Shown piece by piece: positions 38,908-47,887 of a stretch of DNA of 64,000 nt. Numbering within the stretch: the first letter of the stretch is position 1; each line of letters starts with the position of its first letter. This DNA is from Chloroflexota bacterium. Lineage in GTDB: Bacteria > Chloroflexota > JAJPGV01. The notes under the pieces were generated by a model that was not told the origin of the DNA, made no database searches, and saw only the letters and a program-made list of their open reading frames with translations. The translations under genes and the position numbers were made by a program. The stretch covers positions 20,397 through 84,396 of the forward strand of contig JBOGTU010000077.1 of NCBI GenBank assembly GCA_050695655.1. The letters run 5' to 3'.

Positions 38908-40320
38908 CTACAGGCCGCTCACCATCATCCGGCCGATTTTCACGGTGGGCGCCACCGTCGCGGAGCGGTAGTCCACGTCGTCGCCCACCATCTCCAGGGT
39001 GCGGATCATGTCCTTGAGGTTGCCGGAAACGTTCACCTCCGCCACCGGGAAGGTGAGCTGCCCGTGCTCGATCCACAGCCCGCCCGCGCCGCGTGAGAAG
39101 TCGCCGGTGGTGATGTTGTCGCCAAAGCCGAGCAGCTCGGTGAGATAGAAGCCATCGTCCACGGAGGCGACGATTTCCTCCGGGCTGGACTCGCCCGGCA
39201 GCAGCAGCAGGTTGGTGGTGCCAACGGTGGGCGGGCCGCCGGTGCCGCGCGCGGCATTGTGGGTGCTGGCCCTGCCCGTTTTCCGTGCGGTGTATGTGTC
39301 GAGCAGGAATTGCACGAACTGCCCCTGCCGGAAGATGTCGTTGTGGCGGCCAACCAGCCCTTCGCCATCGAACGGCTGTGTGCCCTGGCGCGAAACGAGC
39401 GTGGCATCGTCCACCAGGTTGAACAGTGGCGAGGCAATGAGCTGCCCCTCCAGGTCCAGCAAAAACGTCGCTCGCCGGTAAAGCAGCTCGCCACTCGCGG
39501 CGTGGGCAACCAGGCCGGCCAGCGTGCGCGACACTTGCGGGTCCCACACCACCGGAACCTGGCGGGTTGCCACCTTGCGCGCCCCGATCTTGCGCACGGC
39601 GCGCTCCGCGGCACGGCGCCCGACGATCTCGGGCGACTCCAACCGGTCCAGAAAGCGGTCGGCCGTGTACCAGTAGTCGTTCCGCTTCTTGCCTTCGGCG
39701 TCGTCCGCCATGACTTCGGCCGAAATGGAAGCGGAGCTGCCAGCGTACCAGCTCGAGAAGCCGCGCGAGTTCACCAGCGCGCGGAGACCCATGGTGCAGC
39801 CAAAGCCCGCGCCGCCGGAATTGGTGATGCGCGCATCGGCAGCGAAGGCGGCCCGTTCGCACCGGCGCGCCAGATCGATGGCCTGGTCGGCATCCACCTC
39901 GGCGAGGCGTGGATCGTACAGTTCCAGGCCGGCGGCATCCAGCGAACCGAATTCGCCCGCGTCCGGCAGGCCCGCCGCGGCGTCCACGTCGCTGATGCTG
40001 GCGCGCTCCACCGCGTCCGCGACGAACTGCCGCAACGCGGCCGGCGTGAAGTCGGAGGAGTAGCTGATGGACACGCAACCATCTTTGATGACGCGCAGCC
40101 CCAGCGCCCGAGAAGACGCCTCAACGATGCTCTCCACTTCATCCTTGCGGATGGTGACGGAGAGCTCGGTGCCAGAGCCAACGAGCACGTCGGCATCGGT
40201 TGCGCCCGCGGCCCTGGCCTGCCGGCACACGTCCTCGGCCACAGTCAGCAACTCGGCCGCCGCGGCCGGGCCAACCCCAGCGCGTACCTCGCTCCCCAGC
40301 GCCGGCGGGACGGCGCTCAT
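38908..40320 (-). CDS. pmbA: Metalloprotease PmbA (TldE)
   Basis: TldD/PmbA fold motifs. Start ATG 40320 overlaps the tldD stop (ATGA). The ORF-track upstream extension is rejected. Confidence 0.8.
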   Translation of the reverse strand: MSAVPPALGSEVRAGVGPAAAAELLTVAEDVCRQARAAGATDADVLVGSGTELSVTIRKDEVESIVEASSRALGLRVIKDGCVSISYSSDFTPAALRQFVADAVERASISDVDAAAGLPDAGEFGSLDAAGLELYDPRLAEVDADQAIDLARRCERAAFAADARITNSGGAGFGCTMGLRALVNSRGFSSWYAGSSASISAEVMADDAEGKKRNDYWYTADRFLDRLESPEIVGRRAAERAVRKIGARKVATRQVPVVWDPQVSRTLAGLVAHAASGELLYRRATFLLDLEGQLIASPLFNLVDDATLVSRQGTQPFDGEGLVGRHNDIFRQGQFVQFLLDTYTARKTGRASTHNAARGTGGPPTVGTTNLLLLPGESSPEEIVASVDDGFYLTELLGFGDNITTGDFSRGAGGLWIEHGQLTFPVAEVNVSGNLKDMIRTLEMVGDDVDYRSATVAPTVKIGRMMVSGL

Positions 40321-41783
40321 TGCTGTGTGCCGCCCACGGTGATGCCGGAGACGAGCACCGTGGGAATGCCCACGCCCACCGGCACGCTCTGCCCATCCTT
40401 GCCGCAGGTCCAGCGGCCATCGCTCAGGGTGAAGTCGTGCCCCACCATGGTGACCTTTGAGAGCGTGTCCGGGCCATTGCCGATGAGGTTCACGTTCTTG
40501 ACGGGATGAGTCACCTGCCCATCCTCGATGAGGTAGCCCTCGGTAACGGAAAACACGAAGTCGCCATTGCTGATGTTCACCTGGCCGCCGCTGAATGACT
40601 TGGCGTACAGGCCCTTCTTCACCGATCGGATGATCTCGTCCGGCGTGGACTGTCCCGCCAGCATGTAGGTGTTGGTCATGCGCGGCATGGGGTAGTGCCG
40701 AAAGCTCTCGCGCCGGCCGTTGCCGGAAGGGGCCACGCCGAAGTGCTTGGCGCTGATGCGGTCCTGCAGGTAGCCTTGAAGCACGCCGTCGCGAATCAGG
40801 ACGTTCTCCTGGCCCGCGTTGCCTTCGTCGTCCACGTTGATGGTGCCACGCCCGTGGCCGATGGTCGCGTCGTCCACCACGGTGCACAGCTCGGAAGCCA
40901 CCTGCTGACCCACGCGATCCGAGTAGTTGGAGGTTTTCTTGCGGTTGAAGTCGGCCTCCAGGCCGTGGCCCACGGCCTCGTGCAGGAGAATGCCGGACTC
41001 GCCCGCGCCCAGCACCACCGGCAGGTAGCCGGCGGGCGCATCCACCCCGCGCTGCAGCGTGACCGCCTGCCGCGCGGCCTCCCGCGCGATGCTCTCCGGC
41101 GGGTGGTCGATGAAGTACTCCATGCCTAGCCGCCCGCCACCGCCGTCCACGGCCATTTGCCGGCTGGTGCCAACTTCAGAGAGGCACTGCACGTTGAAGC
41201 GCAGCATGGGCTGGTAGTCCGCGGCCAGCCGCCCTTCGCTGGTGGCGACCAGCACGTGCTTCACCTCTTCCACGAAACTCACATTCACACGGATGATGCT
41301 GGGGTCGTAGGCGCGGGCGGCCTCGTCCGCCCGGCGGATGAGCGCGAGCTTATCCGCGCTGGACACTTCAATGGAGGGCTGGTCCACGCGATAGCGATCT
41401 GGCCGGGCCCCATCCGTTACGCCGGCTGGGCCGGGGTTGCTGCCCCTGTCGCAAATGCGGGCGGCAGTCGCGGCGGCTTGCCGCATGCTGGCCACGCTCA
41501 GGTCTTCGGTGTAGGCATAGCCCGTGCTGTCGCCGCTGAGCACCCGGACGCCCACCCCCTGGGTGATACCGCCGCTCGCTGTTTTGACCCTCTGCTCCTC
41601 GAAGGCAATGCTGCTGCTGGCGCGGTGCTCGAAATACAGGTCCGCGTAGTCACCGCCGCGGCTCAGCGCCACCTCCAGCAGCGAGCTCAGCACCTGCTCG
41701 TCAATCGCGTAGCGCTGGCCAAACAAGCGCCGCGCCGCGGCGGCCGAATAATCGTCCAGGGTGGGGCTGTTCTGCATGGTCAC
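40317..41783 (-). CDS. tldD: Metalloprotease TldD
   Basis: HEAVGHGLEADFN motif (HExxxH). Paired with pmbA. Confidence 0.85.
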   Translation of the reverse strand: MTMQNSPTLDDYSAAAARRLFGQRYAIDEQVLSSLLEVALSRGGDYADLYFEHRASSSIAFEEQRVKTASGGITQGVGVRVLSGDSTGYAYTEDLSVASMRQAAATAARICDRGSNPGPAGVTDGARPDRYRVDQPSIEVSSADKLALIRRADEAARAYDPSIIRVNVSFVEEVKHVLVATSEGRLAADYQPMLRFNVQCLSEVGTSRQMAVDGGGGRLGMEYFIDHPPESIAREAARQAVTLQRGVDAPAGYLPVVLGAGESGILLHEAVGHGLEADFNRKKTSNYSDRVGQQVASELCTVVDDATIGHGRGTINVDDEGNAGQENVLIRDGVLQGYLQDRISAKHFGVAPSGNGRRESFRHYPMPRMTNTYMLAGQSTPDEIIRSVKKGLYAKSFSGGQVNISNGDFVFSVTEGYLIEDGQVTHPVKNVNLIGNGPDTLSKVTMVGHDFTLSDGRWTCGKDGQSVPVGVGIPTVLVSGITVGGTQQ

Positions 41784-41964
41784 TGGTGGTCACTCTCCTC
41801 GTCACAGTGTAGCGATGGCGCCCACACGTAGCCTGGCAGGCCACTCAGCCTGTTGTGACGCCGCGCCGTTACCAGGCCATCGGAAGCGGCAGGATGACCG
41901 ACTTGGTGTTGCTGGTCAGCGGGAAGGAGGGGCGCTGAACCTGAAGCCCCAGGGTCGCGGCCGG

Positions 41965-42645
41965 TTAGAGCTTACGGAGGACCGCCATCACCTTGCCCTG
42001 TATCAGCACGCGGTCCGGCTCGACATAGATGGGCTGCATGGCGCTGTTGGCGGGCTGCAGGCGAATGCGCGTGCCCTCGTGATAGAAGCGCTTGAGGGTT
42101 GCCTCGCGCTCATCGCCTCGCTCGGAGGTGAGCGTGGCCACCACCAGGTCGCCATTCTCCGCGTGCTCCTGCGGGCGCACGATGATCCAGTCCCCATCGG
42201 CGATAAGCGCATCGATCATGGAGGTGCCCTTCACCTGCAGGGCAAACGCATCCGAATCCGGCGGTGCAAACTCGGCCGATACGGCAATCGATTCGCCGGA
42301 GCTGCGACGCGCCTCGATAGGCTCGCCGGCGGCGATGCGCCCCCACACGGGCACACTCACCACCTCGCTTTCCGGGTGCCGGGCGCTGGTTTTGAGCCGC
42401 AGGCCGCGAGAGGTGTTGCGGATGCGCTCGATGTAGCCCTTTTCCTCCAGGATGCGCAGGTGGTAATTCACGTGGCTGGTGGAGCGGATGCCCACCCCGT
42501 GGCCGATCTCGCGGTTGGTGGGGGGGCGGTCGTTCTGCGCGTGAAACACCTGGATGAAGTCCAGGATGCGAGCCTGCTTGTCGCTCAGTTCATCCTCAGC
42601 GGGCTGCACGCCCTGGAGCGCGTAGGGGATAGTCGTCGTCTCCAT
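41965..42645 (-). CDS. lexA: LexA repressor
   Basis: Winged-helix N-domain (REIGHGVGIRSTSHVNYHLRILEEKGYIER) and S24 peptidase domain (Ser in VKGTSM, Lys in LQPANS... region, GDLVVATL). Confidence 0.85.
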   Translation of the reverse strand: METTTIPYALQGVQPAEDELSDKQARILDFIQVFHAQNDRPPTNREIGHGVGIRSTSHVNYHLRILEEKGYIERIRNTSRGLRLKTSARHPESEVVSVPVWGRIAAGEPIEARRSSGESIAVSAEFAPPDSDAFALQVKGTSMIDALIADGDWIIVRPQEHAENGDLVVATLTSERGDEREATLKRFYHEGTRIRLQPANSAMQPIYVEPDRVLIQGKVMAVLRKL

Positions 42646-42647
42646 GC

Positions 42648-42663
42648 TAGAACACCTGTCCTA
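42648..42663. promoter_or_regulatory. Possible SOS-box-like imperfect palindrome immediately upstream of lexA
   Basis: TAGAACACCTGTCCTA matches 12/16 of the actinobacterial TCGAAC-N4-GTTCGA consensus. It overlaps the lexA RBS and lies within the 3' end of hspR. Confidence 0.2.
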
Positions 42664-42678
42664 TCTCGAACTGTACAC

Positions 42679-43071
42679 TCATGTGGCCAGCTTGTCCATC
42701 TTCCGGATCACCCGCTTCAGGCGCTCCAGCTCCCGTTCGTGCTCCTCCTGGAATTGCCGCAAGGCCGCTTCGTGTTCGCGCTGCAGGCGCTCCACGCGGT
42801 CGCCCATGTTGAGAATGACTTCCACGCCAGCGAGGTTCACCCCCAGCTCGTCGATGAGGCGTTGTATCTGGACCAGCCGCTCAATGTCCTCGTCGGAGTA
42901 GAGCCGGATGTTGCCCCCCGTTCGTGCTGGATTAACGAGACCGATACGCTCGTAGTGACGAAGCGTCTGCGGGTGCACGTGGACGATGCGCGCGGCCACG
43001 CTGATGACGTAGTGCGAACCGACAACTGCCGGCTGCTCCTCAGCGGCACTCAGCTCGCGGCGCCTCAGCAT
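42679..43071 (-). CDS. hspR: Heat-shock transcriptional repressor HspR (MerR family)
   Basis: MerR HTH (ISVAARIVHVHPQTLRHYERIGLV). Last gene of the dnaK operon. Start refined to ATG 43071. Confidence 0.8.
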   Translation of the reverse strand: MLRRRELSAAEEQPAVVGSHYVISVAARIVHVHPQTLRHYERIGLVNPARTGGNIRLYSDEDIERLVQIQRLIDELGVNLAGVEVILNMGDRVERLQREHEAALRQFQEEHERELERLKRVIRKMDKLAT

Positions 43072-43225
43072 GCGGCCGCCTCGGCGGGGGGCGCCGCGAG
43101 ACGCTTGGCCGGAACCATGCCGCGGCCGGAGTTGGATAGCCCAGGAACGGTCGCTGCAATTCGAGCTGGCTGCCGCGGAGAGGTGGCCGAGGGCCACTTC
43201 CGGCGAGGCGGCCAAAGTTCCAGGC

Positions 43226-44290
43226 TCACAGTGGACCCTCGCGGTGCTTCTTCAATTCCTGGAAGAGATCGCGCTCGCGAGCCGAGAGGTTGGTGGGTAG
43301 GATGACGCGCACCTTGGAGTACAGGTCGCCCTGCTCGTCACCGCGCAGCGCGGGCAGCCCCTGGCCGGTGAGGCGAAAAGTGCGGCCGTTCTGGGTTTCC
43401 GGCGGCACACGCATGCTCAAGCGGGTGCCCTTGAGAGTGGGCACCTCCACTTCGCCGCCCAGTACCGCCTTGAGCAGTGGCACAGGCACCTCCACGTACA
43501 GGTCATTGCCCTTGCGGTCGAACGTCGGGTGTGGCTGCACCTTGACGACCAGGTACAGGTCGCCCTTAGGGCCGCCGGTCGCGCCGGGGTTGCCCTCGCC
43601 ACTCAGCTTAATGCGCGACCCGTCGCGCACGCCGGGCGGAATCTTCACGTCGATGCGCCGGGCACGGGTCACGGTGCCGGCGCCCTGGCAGGTGGTGCAC
43701 AGCTTGCCATTCACCAGCGCGCTGCCGTGGCAGGTAGGGCACAGCTCCGGGATTTGGATGCTGAAGATGCGGTTGCCGCCGGAGAACACCTCCTCCAGTG
43801 TGACCTCGATGGGTTGCTCGATGTCGCCGCCGCGGGACGGCGGGGCCTCGGGCCGCGGCCGCGCGGCGGGAACTCCGTAGCCAGTGGCCGCGGCCCGCTC
43901 CGCCGCGGCGCCCTGGCCGAACAGTGCTTCGAAGAACTCTGAAAAGCCCGAACCCATGCCCCGAATCGTTGTCTCGGCTTCGAACTCTTTGGCAAAGTCG
44001 CGCGTGGTGTAGGCGTGCGGCGCGTTGCGGGGGCCGTAGCGGCCCTCGTGCCAGAAGCTGCCGTTGCGCAGGCTGGGGCCGAATTGGTCGTACTTCTTGC
44101 GTTTCTCAGGATCGCCCAGCACGGCGTAGGCCTCGCCGATCTCCTTAAAGCGATCCTCCGCTTTCGCGTCGCCAGGGTTGACGTCCGGATGGTACTTGCG
44201 GGCGAGGCGCCGATAGGCCTGCTTGATTTCCTTTTCAGGTGCGCCTTTGGCGACACCCAGGGTCTTGTAGTAATCCTTGTAATCCACCAT
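43226..44290 (-). CDS. dnaJ: Chaperone DnaJ (reduced zinc-finger: two CxxC pairs)
   Basis: J-domain DYYKTLGV...HPD. G/F region. CPTCHGS...CTTCQGAG. C-terminal substrate-binding domains. Confidence 0.85.
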   Translation of the reverse strand: MVDYKDYYKTLGVAKGAPEKEIKQAYRRLARKYHPDVNPGDAKAEDRFKEIGEAYAVLGDPEKRKKYDQFGPSLRNGSFWHEGRYGPRNAPHAYTTRDFAKEFEAETTIRGMGSGFSEFFEALFGQGAAAERAAATGYGVPAARPRPEAPPSRGGDIEQPIEVTLEEVFSGGNRIFSIQIPELCPTCHGSALVNGKLCTTCQGAGTVTRARRIDVKIPPGVRDGSRIKLSGEGNPGATGGPKGDLYLVVKVQPHPTFDRKGNDLYVEVPVPLLKAVLGGEVEVPTLKGTRLSMRVPPETQNGRTFRLTGQGLPALRGDEQGDLYSKVRVILPTNLSARERDLFQELKKHREGPL

Positions 44291-44304
44291 CTACTTCCTC
44301 GCCA

Positions 44305-45012
44305 TCACGCCCGCTCGCTTGGGCTGTGCCGCCGAGGAACAGCTCCCGCTACCGTCACCCTCGCCGGACGCAGCACCTCGTTTTCGTAGTACCAGCCCTT
44401 CTGCAGCTCGGCTGTCACGATGCCCGGCTCGGACTTGCCGCTGGTATCGATGTCCACCGCCTCATGAATCTTGGGGTCGAAGACACGCCCCACCGCTTCC
44501 ACCGGGCGCAGGCCCTCGCCCTCCAGCAGGTCGTTCAATTGCCAGTAGGTGAGGCGCAGCCCCGCTACCAGGCCGGCCGGATCGGTCACGGCGGTGTGCT
44601 CGTATTCCATTGCGCGCGCCAGGTTATCGAGCACGAGGAGCGCCTTGGAGAGGAGCGCTTTGCGGCCACTCTTAGCCTGCTCGGTTTGCGCGCGCTCGAT
44701 GCGCCTGCGCGAGGTCTCGCTGTCGGCGCCACCAAGCGGCTGGCGCTGCTCTCCCTCCTCGGCCTGCGTGGCCGCTTCGCGGGCCTGTTTCCGAGCGTCG
44801 GTGGCTTGCCTTTTGGCCTCAGCCGCGCTGGCTTGCGCCTGCTCCGCCACAGCGTTAGCCTGGGCGGCGGCCTGGCGCGCCTGGGCCACCTCCGCCCGCG
44901 CCTGCGCCAGCGCCGCCTCCAGGTCGCGGATGCGTTCCGCGGCCTGGTTCCGAGTGGAGGCCAGTTCTCCGCGCAGCCGCTGTATGCGGTTGGCGGCTTC
45001 GAAATCCATCAT
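44305..45012 (-). CDS. grpE: Nucleotide exchange factor GrpE
   Basis: Coiled-coil N-terminus and the C-terminal GrpE signature. Confidence 0.8.
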   Translation of the reverse strand: MMDFEAANRIQRLRGELASTRNQAAERIRDLEAALAQARAEVAQARQAAAQANAVAEQAQASAAEAKRQATDARKQAREAATQAEEGEQRQPLGGADSETSRRRIERAQTEQAKSGRKALLSKALLVLDNLARAMEYEHTAVTDPAGLVAGLRLTYWQLNDLLEGEGLRPVEAVGRVFDPKIHEAVDIDTSGKSEPGIVTAELQKGWYYENEVLRPARVTVAGAVPRRHSPSERA

Positions 45013-45030
45013 CGCGGTTCAGCGCTCAGC

Positions 45031-46932
45031 TCAGTGCTCGTCGGTGGTGCGAAACTCGGCGTCGATGACGTCGTCATGGGCGGGCTCGCGGTGGCGCTCC
45101 GGCTCGGAGCTGGGGCCGGACTCCGGCGCAGGTGCGTCGCGCAGGGCAGAGGTGAAGCGCTGCAGCGTATCCTGCAGCTCGTCCACCGCGCTCTTCAGGC
45201 GCGGCACGTCGTCGGTGCGCAGGGCCTCCTTCACCCGCTCCAACGACCGCTCCACCGCGGCGCGCGTCTCCGGCGTGGCGCGGTCACCGGCGTCCTTCAG
45301 GGCGCGCTCGGTGGTGTACACCAGGCTGTCCGCGTGGTTGCGGACCTCGGCCAGCTCGCGCCGGCGCTTGTCCTCGGCGGCGTTGGAAGCTGCCTCGCGC
45401 ACCATGCGGTCGACATCGTCCTTGCTCAGGTTGGTGGTCGCGGTGATGGTCACCTTCTGCTCGCGGCCCGTGGCCATGTCCTTGGCGGACACGTTTACGA
45501 TGCCGTTCACATCAATGTCGAAGGTCACCTCCACTTGCGGCACGCCGCGGGGCGCGGGGGCAATGCCATCGAGCCGGAACTTGCCCAGGGTGCGATTGTC
45601 GGTGGCCATCTCACGCTCACCCTGGAGCACGTGCACGTCGACCGCCTGCTGGTTATCCTCGGCGGTGCTGAATGCTTCAGATTTGCGCGCCGGAATGGTG
45701 GTGTTGCGATCGATGAGCCTGGTCATCACGCCGCCCAGCGTTTCCACGCCCAGGGAGAGCGGCGTCACATCCAGCAGGACTACGTCCTTCACCTCGCCAC
45801 TCAGCACACCGGCCTGGATGGCGGCGCCTACGGCCACCACTTCGTCCGGGTTCACGCCCTGGTGGGCGTCCCTGCCGGTGAGGCTCTTCACCAGTTGCTG
45901 AATCACCGGCATGCGCGTGGCGCCACCTACCAGCACCACTTCGTTGATGTCGCGCTCGGCCAGGCCGGCATCCTGCAGCGCCTGCTTGAAGGGGCCCACA
46001 GTGCGGTCGGTCAGGTCCGCGGTCAACTCCTCGAAGCGTGCCCGCGTGAGCTGAATCTGCAAGTGTTTGGGGCCGTTCTGGTCGGCGGTGACGAAGGGCA
46101 GGTTCACCTCGGTGGTCACCACGGAGGAGAGCTCGATCTTGGCCTTTTCGGCCGCTTCCAGCAGCCGCTGCAGCGCCTGGCGGTCTTTGCGCAGGTCGAT
46201 GCCCTCGTTCTTCTGGAACTCGCTGGCCAGGTAGTCCACAATGCGCTGGTCATAGTCATCGCCGCCCAGGTGCGTGTCGCCATTGGTGGCTTTCACTTCG
46301 AACACGCCGTCGCCCACTTCCAACACCGACACGTCGAAGGTGCCGCCGCCAAGGTCCCACACGAGGATGGTCTCAGTCTTCTTCTTGTCGAGCCCATAGG
46401 CCAAAGCAGCCGCGGTGGGCTCGTTGATAATGCGCAGCACCTCCAGGCCCGCGACCTTGCCGGCATCCTTGGTGGCCTGGCGCTGGGCATCATTGAAATA
46501 CGCCGGCACGGTGATGACGGCCTGGTTGATGCGCTCGCCGAGGTACTTCTCAGCATCCGCCTTGAGCTTTTGCAGGATCATGGCGGAGATCTCCTCCGGC
46601 ATAAGCTCCCGCCCGGCGTGTGGCAGCTTAATGGTGACGCCGGAGCTCTTGCCCTCTTCTACCTGGTACGGCACGCGCGAACGCTCGGCCGCTACCTCCG
46701 AGAGCTTGCGGCCCATGAAGCGCTTGATCGAGAACACGGTGTTCTCCGGGTTCACCACAGCCTGCCGGCGGGCGAGCTGGCCCACCAACCGCTCGCCGGA
46801 TTTGGTGAAGCCCACCACGGAGGGCGTGGTGCGCCCACCCTCAGCATTTGGAATGACGGTCGGTTCCCCGCCCTCCATGACCGCGATCACCGAGTTGGTC
46901 GTCCCAAGATCGATGCCCACGACTTTTGCCAT
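45031..46932 (-). CDS. dnaK: Chaperone DnaK (Hsp70)
   Basis: [18 protein letters not shown] and EEVD-like acidic C-terminus. 633 aa. Confidence 0.95.
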   Translation of the reverse strand: MAKVVGIDLGTTNSVIAVMEGGEPTVIPNAEGGRTTPSVVGFTKSGERLVGQLARRQAVVNPENTVFSIKRFMGRKLSEVAAERSRVPYQVEEGKSSGVTIKLPHAGRELMPEEISAMILQKLKADAEKYLGERINQAVITVPAYFNDAQRQATKDAGKVAGLEVLRIINEPTAAALAYGLDKKKTETILVWDLGGGTFDVSVLEVGDGVFEVKATNGDTHLGGDDYDQRIVDYLASEFQKNEGIDLRKDRQALQRLLEAAEKAKIELSSVVTTEVNLPFVTADQNGPKHLQIQLTRARFEELTADLTDRTVGPFKQALQDAGLAERDINEVVLVGGATRMPVIQQLVKSLTGRDAHQGVNPDEVVAVGAAIQAGVLSGEVKDVVLLDVTPLSLGVETLGGVMTRLIDRNTTIPARKSEAFSTAEDNQQAVDVHVLQGEREMATDNRTLGKFRLDGIAPAPRGVPQVEVTFDIDVNGIVNVSAKDMATGREQKVTITATTNLSKDDVDRMVREAASNAAEDKRRRELAEVRNHADSLVYTTERALKDAGDRATPETRAAVERSLERVKEALRTDDVPRLKSAVDELQDTLQRFTSALRDAPAPESGPSSEPERHREPAHDDVIDAEFRTTDEH

Positions 46933-47004
46933 TTGTCTGTCTCCTAGCCAGCCCCGCTCATAACCCTGAGCTCACGGCTGTATGCGTACGCCCAAACAAT
47001 AAAC

Positions 47005-47025
47005 CTTGAGTCACATGATGTCAAG
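47005..47025 (-). promoter_or_regulatory. HAIR (HspR-associated inverted repeat) operator upstream of dnaK
   Basis: Minus-strand reading CTTGACA-TCATGTG-ACTCAAG, against consensus CTTGAGT-N7-ACTCAAG. Lies 73-93 nt upstream of the dnaK start. Confidence 0.55.
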
Positions 47026-47099
47026 TTAGGGAAGCCAGGTTCATACTCCGCGGGCAGGTGTCGACGACGAAGCGGGCAGGTCGGCAGCGGTGGCCCTGT

Positions 47100-47474
47100 T
47101 CACGCGGCGAGGGTCGGTACGTCGTAGGTCTGGAAACGGCTGTCTCTGGTGACCAGAGTGAGACCTTCCAGCTGAGCCTGCGCCACCAGCATCCTGTCGA
47201 AGGGGTCATCGTGATGCCGCGGCAGCGCCCCTGCCAGCAGGGCATGGACGATGTGAACCGGGAGTTCGGCGATGCCGCCAGCGGCCAGTTGATCCGTGAG
47301 ATCATCCGGCGCGGTGAGTTTATTGAGCGCCTTCTTGATGGCGATCTCCCACGCGCTCACAGCGGACAGCGCGACGTAGTTGTCGCGGTCGGCAATGGCG
47401 TCCCGCGCCTGCTCAGACAAGCCCTCGCCCGCCAACCACCAGAGCACGGCATGTGTATCGAGCAGGAGCCTCAC
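47100..47474 (-). CDS. vapC: Type II toxin VapC (PIN domain ribonuclease)
   Basis: LLDTHAVLWW (first Asp), conserved E, and DPFDRMLVAQAQLEGLTLVTRDSRF. GTG start overlaps the antitoxin stop (GTGA). Confidence 0.75.
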   Translation of the reverse strand: MRLLLDTHAVLWWLAGEGLSEQARDAIADRDNYVALSAVSAWEIAIKKALNKLTAPDDLTDQLAAGGIAELPVHIVHALLAGALPRHHDDPFDRMLVAQAQLEGLTLVTRDSRFQTYDVPTLAA

Positions 47475-47719
47475 TGGCTGTCTCCCTGGAACGCGGCGCC
47501 GATCTCCTCGGGCAGGTCGTCGAAGTCTGGTGCAAGGGCAACCCGCCCGCGCCACCCACCCGGCATGCGCCGCTCCTGCTGTGCCTCCAGCGGCACCAGC
47601 CGGGCGACCGGCCGCCCGCCCCTGGCGATCACAATCTCCTCCCCTCGCTCAACGCGTTCGATGAGCTGGGAGAGGTGCGTTTTTGCATCGTAGACGTTGA
47701 ACTGCGCAGTTGCTGCCAT
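47471..47719 (-). CDS. Type II antitoxin, Phd/YefM family
   Basis: 82 aa. DAKTHLSQLIERVERGEEIVIARGGRPVARLVP is the Phd/YefM fold signature. Confidence 0.7.
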   Translation of the reverse strand: MAATAQFNVYDAKTHLSQLIERVERGEEIVIARGGRPVARLVPLEAQQERRMPGGWRGRVALAPDFDDLPEEIGAAFQGDSQ

Positions 47720-47863
47720 GAGTCGTACAATAACAGATGGTCTAGGCTGGTCAAGTCAAAGCATGCCCTCGGTAAGCGGGACATTCAGGCCGCTGTGGCT
47801 GCGCCGGGATGACCGCGGTGGCATCGCGACTGGCCCAGACGCTTCGCGGGTCCCCGCGAAAGT

Positions 47864-47883
47864 GAGGCTGTTGCTGACAGCCT
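47864..47883 (-). terminator. Stem-loop (8 bp stem, 5 nt loop) just downstream of the GH5 gene
   Basis: GAGGCTGTTGCTGACAGCCTC, 5 nt after the stop of the minus-strand GH5 gene. Confidence 0.3.
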
Positions 47884-47887
47884 CGGC

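Noticed and set aside
42607-42645. Alternative GTG start for lexA (VQPAEDELSDKQ) that would leave room for an upstream operator
   Set aside because: ATG 42645 has a better-placed AGGTG RBS, and the GTG has a poor RBS. The N-terminal extension is kept but flagged as uncertain.
44239-46947. 902-aa plus-strand ORF
   Set aside because: It is antisense to dnaK/grpE and Arg/Ala/Gly-rich without motifs. dnaK and grpE on the minus strand are unambiguous.
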